A stretch of 64,000 nucleotides of DNA, taken from Octopus vulgaris. Its lineage: Eukaryota. Numbering within the stretch: the stretch's first letter is position 1; every line of letters starts with the position of its first letter. Position numbers and translations under genes: made by a program. Of this stretch, positions 53,085 to 64,000 are shown one piece after another. The notes under the pieces are model-generated. The model saw only the letters and a list, made by a program, of their open reading frames with translations. It made no database searches and was not told the origin of the DNA. The stretch is from NCBI GenBank assembly GCA_951406725.2, contig OX597827.1, positions 35,960,001-36,024,000 on the forward strand. Reading direction: 5' to 3'.

Positions 53085-53486
53085 TCAAAAGAAGCTCTTC
53101 CTACAAACCTGACACTGCATATCTTTTTTATGAGTTTTCATATGTGTCCTTAAAATGCTTTCCTCGTGGAAGCTTTGCTCACATATGGGGCAGCTGTGCA
53201 AAGCCTCCACAACACTATGTGTCCTTATATGCTGGCTAAATGGTTCATGCTGCAAGAAGCTCTTCCCACAGACTTTGCAATTTGGTGAAACATCCTCCAT
53301 GTGGACCTTCATATGGCTTGTGAGTAGACCGGCTTGTGAAAAACTCTTGCCACACACTTCACATGTATGTGATGTGACTGGTGGCGGCTCACTCTGCACA
53401 GGAGTTTTAGTTCTGTATTCATGGACAAAGCTTTTCCCACAAACCAGACAGTTTGACTTAGAATCATCTGTACACCGCCGCCTCAT
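53085..53486 (-). CDS. Short C2H2 zinc-finger ORF (3 intact and 2 half fingers), possibly a decaying gene (ZNF-c)
   Basis: CEVC..HMKVH, CKVC..HIRTH and CPIC..HMKTH are intact. The stop falls mid-finger (CQVCRKSFF*). First in-frame ATG is at 53486, with an in-frame TGA at 53513-53511. Acceptor ttttgtttctttcatcctgctcAG at 53887-53886. Confidence 0.7.
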   Translation of the reverse strand: MRRRCTDDSKSNCLVCGKSFVHEYRTKTPVQSEPPPVTSHTCEVCGKSFSQAGLLTSHMKVHMEDVSPNCKVCGKSFLQHEPFSQHIRTHSVVEALHSCPICEQSFHEESILRTHMKTHKKDMQCQVCRKSFF

Positions 53487-55317
53487 GTGTCCTCTACACT
53501 CAAACACTGTTCAGTGATGAGGTTAAAAAAGGTGATGGTTGGCAGTCAAAATCCAGCATTCACAAGGCCAAATTCCTTGTAGTGTCTGCCACCTTGTGTA
53601 TTTTGTCAGAAATCATCTTTTGAAATAAAACTTGACCTTGTGATTTTCTTTATTTTCTTTTCTTTCTTTATTGATGGCCTCTTTCAAAGTGTTTCCTACT
53701 AAAATGTTGTTTTACATCAATTAGTAAGAAACTTAGAAATGACACCTCTATGTGGTTCATATATTTTTTCCCTTTTTTTTTCTTCTTTGTTTTAATAAGA
53801 CACTGTTTAAAAGATGAAACGATCTACAACAGAGACGTCCCAGACATGATTTGATTTTTCGCTTAGAGTGAGAAAACTCAGGAGACTGAGCAGGATGAAA
53901 GAAACAAAATGATGAAATAAATAAATATCAGAATTAGAATTGAAATGATAAATTAGCAATATAAATTGGAATTACTGGAATCACTGTCAGATGGAATCCA
54001 GTAAACTTTTTTCAACACAACGAAATATTTGACTCTCTGGAAGTAGATTCGGTGTCAGATGTCTCAAATGCTGCTGGTTTTCTCTACAACTGGTTTTCAT
54101 TATGTGCAGATAGGTAAGTATGGGTATCTACTAATTAGCAATGCTTCACTTAAAAAAAGAAACCCAGCTCAGTATCACTGTAGTTGCAAATTCTATTACA
54201 TTTCCTTTACAACTAAATACTTTCAGCTTTGGATGAAAAACTTTTCACAGAGCCACCAGTATCTCTTTTATCTAAAATATCTCTTTTAGAAGTTGGTGCT
54301 AAGTACAGCAATTATGGTACCATGTAGTGCATCCTGAAATCAGATAGAAAATATTATTGTTTTTAAACAAACAAATTCAAGTATGAACACAAACATATAT
54401 ACACAAACAGCATAGCAATGTATATTTGTGTTGTCTAAATGCATAACAACACACATTATAAACTTGGATTATGTGTGTCATTTGCTTCTTCTCTTCTACA
54501 ACAAGATATGTAATTTAAGAAGTTTGAGGTACTCAGATCAGGATGTTTTAGGAAAGCTTTAGAGTGGACTAATCATTTAGAAGACAATAATTTAGCATAG
54601 AATTAACATCATCATCAATTTTTTAACATCTGATTTTTAATGTCTGAATGGAATATATTATTGAAGTGGATTTTCTACAGCCTGAAGCCCTTTTTTGTCA
54701 TCAATCCTCACCTGCTTCCAAGTAAGGTAAAATTTCCTCATGACCAGACATATTTTCACAGAAGGTTAGAAATGAAGGACACTGCTTGCAAGACAGTGAC
54801 ATTCATAACAATTGCATGATGCCAAGGCAAGGAGGTAGTAATACACACACATATATGATAAGCTTCTTTCAGTTTCCATCTATTAAATCTATTCACAAGG
54901 CTTTGATCAGCCTAAGACTTTAGTAGAAGACACTTGTCCAAGGTGCCATGCAGTGAGAGTGAACCCAAAGGCATGTGGTTGGGAGGCAAACTTGTTTACC
55001 ACATAGCCACAGCCATGTCTACATTTCACTTCAAAGCAAAATCCAGAAATTAGAGGAAACCAGTTATTAACATAACTATTTCTAGGTATATTTCAATGCC
55101 AACACCTGAAATTATTTCTTCCCTTCCACAGTAAGGGACCTACATCAAAAACGTGAGATACCTTTCTTTTCTCGTGAGAGCCACATTTATTTAAGAAATC
55201 ACATTTCTTTTAGCATTAAAAAGAGCAAGAGTAAATTTTTACAGAGCTGTTCTAATATGTAATGTAGATCCAAGCACCTATGGAATATGGTGTATACTTG
55301 CTGCTTAAGTAATCTTG

Positions 55318-55357
<40 letters not shown>

Positions 55358-55404
55358 CATGTGTGTGTATGCACACACATAAATATCAAATACACACACA
55401 GACC

Positions 55405-55436
<32 letters not shown>

Positions 55437-57327
55437 TATATCACACATAGATATTTATATGTATCATTGCCACTCTTTACATTAGCTTTCCTTCTTGGAG
55501 TAGGCTGGATGCATCATCACAGTCCAAGTTAGATCTTATATTTAGAGTTAATCTTAATTGGTTTAGAAGAGTATGTCTTCCTCATACTTATTTTCGCATG
55601 GTTTCTATGACTGGATGTCCTCCCTAAGATCAACTTGTTCACAGACTAGAGAGGTTGTCATAACTTCAACAAGACTAAAAGGTCTTCTAAATTTTCTGTT
55701 ACCTCTGCTTGACCAACAATCACTTCACTTAGGAAACATAGCGCAGTTTATAGTAGCACTCACACAAGCTGAGGCTGCCAAACAAGGGTCTTCACTACCC
55801 AACATTGTCTCCATTCATTCAGGTTATGTGACCAACAGAATGGACAGAAGAGAGGGTAGTTTATGAACTACAATGAGAAGGAGAAAGATCAGTAAGAAAG
55901 AAGGAACAGAGTGATTTGTGGAAGACCAGAAAGGAATGACAGAGAAATGAGTTGCAGTGTGCTGCCTCCAATACAGGCTTTTACAGGAGACCTAAAAGTG
56001 CTGCCCTAATGAAAACAGTCTCCAAGGCAGACCACTCCCTCGCCTTTCCCCACTACAATACTAGAGTAATGGTAGAGTGTAATGAGAGAGAGAAAGAGTG
56101 AGTGATGGATAGTGGTAGAAGTGATTGATGAGAAGAGAGAGAGAGTGGGTGACGCTCACTTTCCATGCAGGCTAATGTTATTATGGATTGGTTCATTTAT
56201 AACGAGAAGTCTGAATGTTCGGTTTCACTTAATATTCCTTAGCTAGTCCTGGACACGGACAAAAGTCAAATCACGAACTAGATCCAGGAATATATTCGTG
56301 GATAAATGTGGTTGCCAGGCAGCAAGAAACCCACATAGTTTAACACTTAACAAGGGTACTGTCACTATAAAACAGCTTCTGACAAGGTCGATCACATCAC
56401 AATGACGTAATCATATTGCTTATACTAACAAACTGTCACATTTCAACGTTAAAAATAATTTCTTCTAAATAGGCAAAACGACAATTCTTTTTCTTTCTTT
56501 CTTTCTTTTTTTTTTGTGGTGGGGACAGGGAGAGATTACTGGACATACACGCGTTATGACCGCCTTACTTTTATTTTTTTTCTTCAAATTGATCTTGTTT
56601 TACAAACGATATGCCTCTGGGGTTTTCTGCTTTAAATATATCCCCACCTTTTTTTTTTTTTTTAACTTTCGTAACTTTCTGTTGCCGATTCTTCTGCTTT
56701 TACCAGCATACATTAATATAAGTATATTAAAACAGACGTGTATGTTTTCTGAAATGAAATAGAGACTACCTATGGAAACATTTATTAATTTATCAAGACG
56801 AAAGGTAGAAATCTCCCCCAGAGAGATTTGAATTATGAGCTATAGAAAACACACCACACCGGGTGTTTTATCGCTTCGCCTACCTTCACAAGCGCCTGCT
56901 GTAATCTACAACAGGTATCTGGATTACATAATAAATAATCATAAGAGTATATCTTTAAATGTGAAAATACTATATCCGAATGAAACTAGTATACTTAGAC
57001 GCACACACACACACTGTGATATACGCTGAACAACAAAACTCACAAATATGTTTGTTTTTTAACGTTGTAGTTTCGTCGCAAACTGTCGAAGGTTTTCTTA
57101 TTTGAAAAAAAAAAGAAACAGTAAAAACTATTTTTATTATAAAGTCCCAAGTAAAAATTGGAGCCATGTTACCATTTGCTATTAATTCTACCGTAATACA
57201 ATATTTCTAAAAATAATATTTAAAATAAAAGCAACAAACAAAAACTAATTTCCATTCACTCGGTCGCTGTAAACCCTAAAAGTCAATAAATAACAACAAA
57301 CAGGTCGCAACAAGAGTGAAATTTGAT

Positions 57328-57450
57328 ACTTACTCAGATATTAAATGTAAAAGACACAGGATCGTCATAGTTACGTCCCTTGTAATAATGTCTCTATTGA
57401 TGATCTCCCTTGCCATCTGGTTTCTTCATTCATTCATTCATTCATTCGTT
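57328..57450 (-). promoter_or_regulatory. Candidate first exon and donor of ZNF-c
   Basis: Minus-strand GTAAGT at 57333-57328 in a CpG-retaining region (~56200-58200). Confidence 0.35.
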
Positions 57451-58588
57451 CATTCATTCATTTAGCTTTCCCCCCTGGAATCGATTTATCGGTTTAAAAC
57501 GATCAGGGGCATAAGGTTAGACAAATTAATCTCTGCAAAGTATCTTCATCGAATATTTATAGCCATTCACAGGCTAGATGCTAAATTTAATTTCGTTTGC
57601 TCGTCTATTTTTAGGTTGATTTTAATGTTTGCTGACTAGTGCAGATAACCTTCATTTCAAACGAACACGAGACATTGCTTCATTGAGGAAACACATAACA
57701 AAGAAATAAGAAAGCAGTTTGGATAAGTGGTTTACCCTTGATGTTCCCACAACCATTACTAGTATCATCAACAACATAGCCTCACATCATAACCTGCTAG
57801 CATTAACTTTATCTTCACCAAAACATTACTGTTAAAAATTCCAACATCACCATCATCGTCACCACCAAAAACTGCTCGTCTGACAGTTTTACTTATGCTC
57901 TCTTGCAGTGTCAGTTACTTCCAGCGATTGTGCAAAGACCACGCTTGCAAAACCAATCTTTCCTATTTTCTAGATAATGTAAGCGACATGTTGCATGCAG
58001 TCTATCTTAGCTTTGAATAAGTAATATGAGGAAATGCAGTTCTCTGCTTGTGTTAGTAATTCCTTGAAAATGATTAAAGTTTTCTTGACTTCCTGTGCTC
58101 ACCTCAAATCTACCTACCTATGAGCAAAACTCAACAAGGGAAGCCTCCGCGTCATCGACCCTTAATGCTAAAAATAGCAGTCAAATTTCCTTCAAATTTA
58201 ACACTACTGTTTTAAAAGAAGGATGCATTAGATACCAATGCGTTGATGCTCCTTTAAAAACAAGATGACCATGACTGAAGTGGCTTTGATCATAGGTTTG
58301 CCCAATCAAATTTAATATGAATATAAGCAAGGGCCTGTGCAGCAAGATGGTTTCACAACACCATCAGCAGTTATAGTATTACCTACTGCAATTGCCTCCA
58401 CAATCTAACAGGTACAGTTTATGGAGGTAATCGTAATGCTGTGGCAAATGTAGGGGATAGTTTAAAATAGTTGCAGATAGCTTCTCCTCCTCCCCCTTAA
58501 ACAGTTAAATGCAGTTCAGTATCAAGATTCAATTCTCATAATAGTATGCTGTCGTTTCTCAGTCTTTGACCAGTATTAAATGTCAATT

Positions 58589-58892
58589 TCATCATCATCA
58601 TCGTTTAGCGTCCGCTTTCCATGCTAGCATGGGTTGGACGGTTCAACTGGGGTCTGGGAAGCCAGAAGGCTGCACCAGGCCCAGTCTGATCTGGCAATGT
58701 TTCTACGGCTGGATGCCGTTCCTAACGCCAACCACTCCATGAGTGTAGTGGGTGCTTTTTACGTGCCACCGGCATAGGTGCCAGACGAGGCTGGCAACGG
58801 CCTCAGTCGGGTGGTGCTTTTTACGTGCCACCGGCACGGAGGCCAGGTGAGGCTGGCAACGGCCACGATCGGATGGTGCTTTTTACGTGCCA
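58589..58892 (-). mobile_element. SINE family B (young)
   Basis: CpG-rich copy with 3 internal ttttacgtgcca repeat units and an (ATC)n tail. Confidence 0.88.
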
Positions 58893-59406
58893 TTTAAAAA
58901 TCTTAACAGCTCATTATTATTCACATTTTAGCCTTGTTCTGTGTCATAAACACAGAATTTCAGTGGACTGTGCTAGACAGTAGTGAGATGATCTATCTGT
59001 GGTGGCTGGGTGTCTAAGTGGTTACAATGTTGTTTGAGATCCTCATGTGATATTAGGGGAGGTAATTTAGTTGATTTATCCAGCAAAATAATATTTGCAG
59101 GTACTAATCCGACAAGAAATTATCAGAATATTTTGGGGATAATTAATAGAATGATCACCTAGCATGTAACAGATACATGCTTCAATCTCCATTATATATA
59201 TTTTCTCTTTTTCTGTATTACATATGTTTTGTATGCAGGCATGGTTATTAGGTTAAGGAGTTTGCTTCACAATCATGAGGTGCATTATTTTTACTGTCTT
59301 TTATTCTAGCATTGGGAAACCGTGCATGCGTATCCATGTTTAAGATTATATCAGTCTAAAATCTGGTGTTGTAGCATACATAAGTAGTTTGATAAAGATC
59401 AACATA

Positions 59407-59825
59407 GGAGTAGGAGTGGCTGTGTGGTAAGTAGCTTGCTTACTTACCAACAACATGGTTCCAGGTTCAGTCCCACTGTGTGGCACCTTGGGCAAGTGTC
59501 TTCTACTATAGCCTCGGGCCGAGCAAAACCTTGTGAGTGGATTTGGTAGACGGAAACTGAAAGAAGCCCGTCGTATATATATATATATATATATCTTAGT
59601 GTGTGTGTGTATGTTTGACCCCCCCCCAAACATCGCTTGACAACCGATGCTGGTGTGTTTACATCCCCGTAACTTAGCGGTTTGGCAAAAGAAACCGATA
59701 GAATAAGTACTAGGCTTACATAGAATAAGTTCTGGGGTCGATTAGCTCAACTAAAGGCGGTGCTCCAGCATGGCCGCAGTCAAATGACTGAAACAACTAA
59801 GAGGGTAAAGAGAGTAAAAAAGAGA
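59407..59825 (+). mobile_element. SINE family A, full-length
   Basis: tRNA-like head ggagtggctgtgtggtaag...ggttcagtccc, internal microsatellite and an agagtaa-type tail. Confidence 0.9.
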
Positions 59826-60249
59826 GTCAAATAAGCAGTAGACTGTATTAACTATTGGGGTTGACAAAACCTCTTTCAGATAGTATCCCAGGGTAGTTGC
59901 AGTGTGATTACTTAGAATGGAGAAAAAAATTATACAGAAGAGGTTTCAGTTGTGTGCTGAATATATTAAAATCATTTGCCAGCAGCCTCTACAAATTACC
60001 TGTATTTGTAAGCCATACTCACTCTTGCAACCAACATATGATCCTGTATGCCAGTGTTCAACCAGCAACAAATAGCAACAATATCTCCCTCAAATCCCAC
60101 TTTATTGTCTGAATGAGGATAAAGTAGATAATATAGACACTTGGTATACACAAATATGTCAAAAGTGGGACACCCATGAAAATAAGTCAGCTTGATCAGG
60201 GCTGACCTGGAGATAAACAACATAGATGATCATGCATATATGTAGACTG

Positions 60250-60450
60250 CACATGTGCCAGTGCCATGTAAAAGTACCCATACCAGTAGCATGTAAAAGG
60301 CACCCAGCAGCACACTGTAAAGTGGTTAGCATTAGAAAAGGCATCCAGCCATAGAAACCATGCCAAAACAGACAACTAGAGCCTAGACAGCTCCTGTCAA
60401 ACTGTTCAATCCATGCCAGCATGGAAAACGGATATTAAATGATGATGCTG
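60250..60450 (+). mobile_element. SINE family B (diverged)
   Basis: ...ccatgccagcatggaaaacggatattaaatgatgatg tail. Confidence 0.75.
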
Positions 60451-62575
60451 ATGGTGGTGGTGGTAGAGAAAATGGTTGGATCCCTTCAGTTTGAAATATT
60501 AATGTGGCATTAAAGGTTCCGGTCGGTACAGGCAGGATTAGCAGATATGTGATACAGATACAATGTTAATAGACAGCATAGCTGGAAATATGTTGCATGC
60601 TGACAATGGAAGTTATAGTAGAATACCAAGGAAGACAAAAGAATCTGAGCTGAGACCTGAAGATGATGAGCCTCACAAACAATGATATCAGACTAAAATA
60701 AATGATAATATCCCATATTTGCAGCAGGCCCATCTAACTCTGTATGTACACAAAAAATGAAGAATGAAATACATCTGTTGATTCAACTTTGTTGATTCAA
60801 CTTTGTTGAAACAAATATAAATTATGGGTACTGCTGCTTGTTTTCTTTTAATTAAGTCATAAATAAAGAAAAAAAACACAAGTGTGATTTGCAAAAAGTT
60901 GTTTTTATATACACAAATATATCTGTACAACATTGGTTTCATATCAGCAGAGAAGACTGGTGGATTTGAACCTGAATATGCCATTTTATTTTGTTTATAA
61001 GTCAATGTCATATAGTAAATATCCTTTGGAAATATGTTTCATCAAGAGAAAAATAATTATTTTTTGTTTTTTTTTTTCTTTGTAATAGACAAAATTCAGT
61101 GATGAAAGAGAGACAAAAAAAAACATAAAAGAAATACAAAATAAATAAAATGTTAAGTCAAAAATTACTTAAAAAATGACTAATTCTACCTTAGTAATTA
61201 CATCTCCACCAACACCACCACCACAAGTCACAGCAGCAGTAGCATACTTTAATAAAAAACAAGGATTATGAAATGGTAGAGAAAGCGCCAACAAAATGTT
61301 TGTCTCTGTATAAGAAAGTGTCTAAATGTGACAGTTGTGTAAACTAGAACTCAAGAGTATATATATATATTATAGGATGGACAAAGTTCTATTGAACATC
61401 CAGTGTAAATGTAAAACAAAAGAAAATAGATAAAAATAAATCAAAAAGCAAAAACAAATATTCTGGGGAGTGGGTACATGTTTGCGTAGATGGAATGATT
61501 TAAGTTTGAGAGAAATTGCTTACTTTTCACAGCTGGATACCTCTTCATACTGTTTACTCAACTTTGAAATAGAACTGAAGTCCACCCAACTGGAGCATAT
61601 AAAGTTAGGTGCATTGCAAAATAATGGAACTAATGATTAATGACTTCAGTGATGGTGGTGGTGGGGGTGGGGCGGTGGTCCCTCATTGTAATACAAAGTT
61701 AAATGATCTCTACACTACTGGGTTGTTGGAGCAACACCAAAGAGCCATTGACTGATACAAGGAGGAAGAATTTGACAAGAGACATGACAGTGAAGGGGGT
61801 GAGCCATGACTGTTACAGGGTGGATCAATTCATAAGTAACATTGAGGTTCTGTAGTTGAGATGAGATTCTTGGAAATTATTCCTGTAAATGGTTCAAGCC
61901 TAAAAGGATCTGATGATTAGAGAGAAAGTTGTTTAAATGCATTTTGATGGAATACAGATGTACATTTGAATATGCAAATGGTGTTGCTTGTATGTATTCA
62001 AGTGTACGTAAGCATGTAAATTAGCTTGAGTAAGATGGATTTGCATTTCTGTGTGTGTGAGTTTATATGGGAGATAAAAGGAGAGAGGAGGAAAGAAAAA
62101 ATGAAGAGAATACAGGAAGGAGCAAAGGAAAAAGAATGTTTTTTTTTTCTAAAGAAGTAAAGGGCCTTTAAGAAAGGAGAAAAAAAGCAAAGGTTCAAAT
62201 ATATAATATATATCTATATCTATATATATATATATATATATATATATTACATAAAATGTTGAGGGAAAATGGAACAATGAAAATATAGATGAATGAAACA
62301 ATATTGGTCCCAGTTTTAGGAAGGGCTGTGGTAAAGAGAGAAACAAAGGTTTGGTCATTCTAGACTGAGAGAAACAAAGTACCAGTAAAGAAGGGTTGCT
62401 TTATAAAATGGATGAAGAAAAGGTGGGGTTTCAGTAGATTGTCTTTTATAGAAACAAGGGGTCAATAGAGACTAGACTCTTTTAAAGAATGAAACACGGG
62501 ATGTTGAAACTGGTCTTATATAAAAAAAAAAAGGGGATTAGTATAGACTGGTTTTAAATAGAGAGAAATAATGGG

Positions 62576-62665
62576 TCAGTATAAACTAGTCTTTTTCATG
62601 ATACGCAGGAATTCTTCTTGGTTCACTTCTCCATCATTATCCCGGTCAGCTTCATCTATCATTTC
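62576..62665 (-). CDS. CETN2: Centrin (caltractin, CETN1/2 type), last coding exon (EF-hand 4)
   Basis: Acceptor gtttttctctctAG is followed by a phase-0, 90-nt exon encoding [29 protein letters not shown]. This closely matches the centrin-1/2 C-terminus [29 protein letters not shown]. No upstream exon was seen in the window. Confidence 0.95.
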   Translation of the reverse strand, partial: [29 protein letters not shown]

Positions 62666-63100
62666 CTAGAGAGAAAAACAACATAAAAGGAAAAGTTGCA
62701 AAAGAGAATTTCAGATAAAACAGTGAATGCATGAGTGTGTTGTGTATGTGTGTGTGTAGAACAGTTGTTTATCATTGATCATTTAATACCCACTTTCCTA
62801 CGCTTGCACAGGATGGACGAAATTTGATGTGGATTTTTCTATGGTCAGATACCTTTTTTGTCGCCAATTCCTCACCTGTTTCCAGACAAGATATTATTTT
62901 CCTATGGCCACACATGCTTTTCACAGAAGTCTGGAAACAAACAACATTGCTTGTATGACAGTGATGCTCACTTATAACTATCATGTGATGTCAAGACGTG
63001 ATGTCAAGATATTTTGCACAGTAAACTAGAAATGAACAACCTCGCTTGTATAACAATGATGCTTATTTACAATCATCACATAGTGTATGACAAGGGGGCA

Positions 63101-63153
<53 letters not shown>

Positions 63154-63757
63154 CCTGGGACTATAGCAGAAGTCACTTGACCAAGTGCCATGCCACACAG
63201 TAGGAATGAATCTGAGACCACATGGTAAGGCAGCAAGCTTTTTAACCACACTATCATGCCTATGTTTATATGTCTTTATACATATTCATGTCTATGTGTG
63301 CATACATTGGAAAGATACCTGCTTGTAATAATTTAAGTGAGAGCTTGTTAATTGATTACAGCATTAACCTCTCAGTCAAGATCTGAGAGCTGCTATTGTT
63401 TGGCTCTGGCTCACTGCTGCTGCAACAAATCTATAATCAAAGGTGCTCCACCCATGACCATTCATCTTCAATCATTTTTATGATGAGTGTGCTGTTGATA
63501 GCAAAAAAAAAAGTACCCAGTACACTCTGTAACATGGTTGGCATTTAGAAGGGCATCGAGCTATAGAAACCTTGCCCAAGCAAATCTATATAGCCCTCAG
63601 GTTAGTTAGGTCCTGTTGAACTACCCAGGCCAGGCCAGGCCCGTATGGAATACAAAATTTTAAAATGATGATGATAGTGGACTTGTTGAGTGTTCCACCT
63701 CTGATAAAGGTAGTGTAGCTTATCAGGCAGTGAAGCATGGATCAGACTAACAGATAA

Positions 63758-64000
63758 TACAGTTTTATATTTAAGAGATGAGGAATTATGTACATTTACA
63801 ATTGACGGATATTTGTCCTCATCTTGTTTGTTGTTAATACAACGTTTCGGCTGATATACCCTCCAGCCTTCATCAGGTGTCTTGGATAAATTTTGAACCT
63901 GGGTTCTTATTCCTAAGGTATTTTTCGATGTTGTTGTTGTTGTTATTATTATTATTATTATTCAGGTCACTGTCTGGAATCGAACTCGGAGTCTTGGGGT
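63758..64000 (-). mobile_element. Pol III/tRNA-headed short element carrying a hammerhead ribozyme (5' end outside the window)
   Basis: Minus strand has B-box gagttcgattcc, a (TAA)/(CAA) spacer, the hammerhead, and a 3' hairpin agatgagga...tcctcatct. Confidence 0.75.
63836..63881 (-). ncRNA. Minimal type I hammerhead ribozyme with intact catalytic core
   Basis: GACAC-CTGATGA-A-GGCTG-gagggtatat-CAGCC-GAAAC-GTT-GTATT. Stem II is a perfect 5 bp, stem I pairs 4 of 5, and stem III is the palindrome AACGTT. Confidence 0.8.

Noticed and set aside
53155-53517. 120-aa plus-strand ORF (also 10733-11002)
   Set aside because: Antisense shadow of the zinc-finger coding sequence.

Overview
AT-rich, microsatellite-dense eukaryotic genomic DNA. 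The SINE families, TTAGGG motifs and clustered single-coding-exon C2H2 genes look like an octopus (coleoid cephalopod) genome; this is inference. All host genes found are on the minus strand: three effector-less C2H2 zinc-finger ORFs (10840-11739, 22768-23493, and 53085-53486, possibly decaying) and the last coding exon of a centrin (62576-62665), which the ORF track misses. The rest is mostly decayed mobile DNA: two Penelope-like elements, a Gypsy LTR element, L1/Tx1-, RTE- and CR1-type LINE fragments, mariner/Tc1 relics, MITEs and foldback elements, a Helentron-type element and at least four SINE families. There is also an initiator tRNA-Met pseudogene. Most notable are three minimal hammerhead-ribozyme motifs, one with an intact core inside a Pol III/tRNA-headed element in the centrin intron. 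Also notable are a zinc-finger array predicted to read GAA repeats, a cluster of telomere-repeat-bearing foldback elements around a candidate promoter, a triplicated tRNA-Trp PBS, and a centrin 3' UTR built from tandem copies of its own stop-codon region. Repeat boundaries were read by eye and are approximate.
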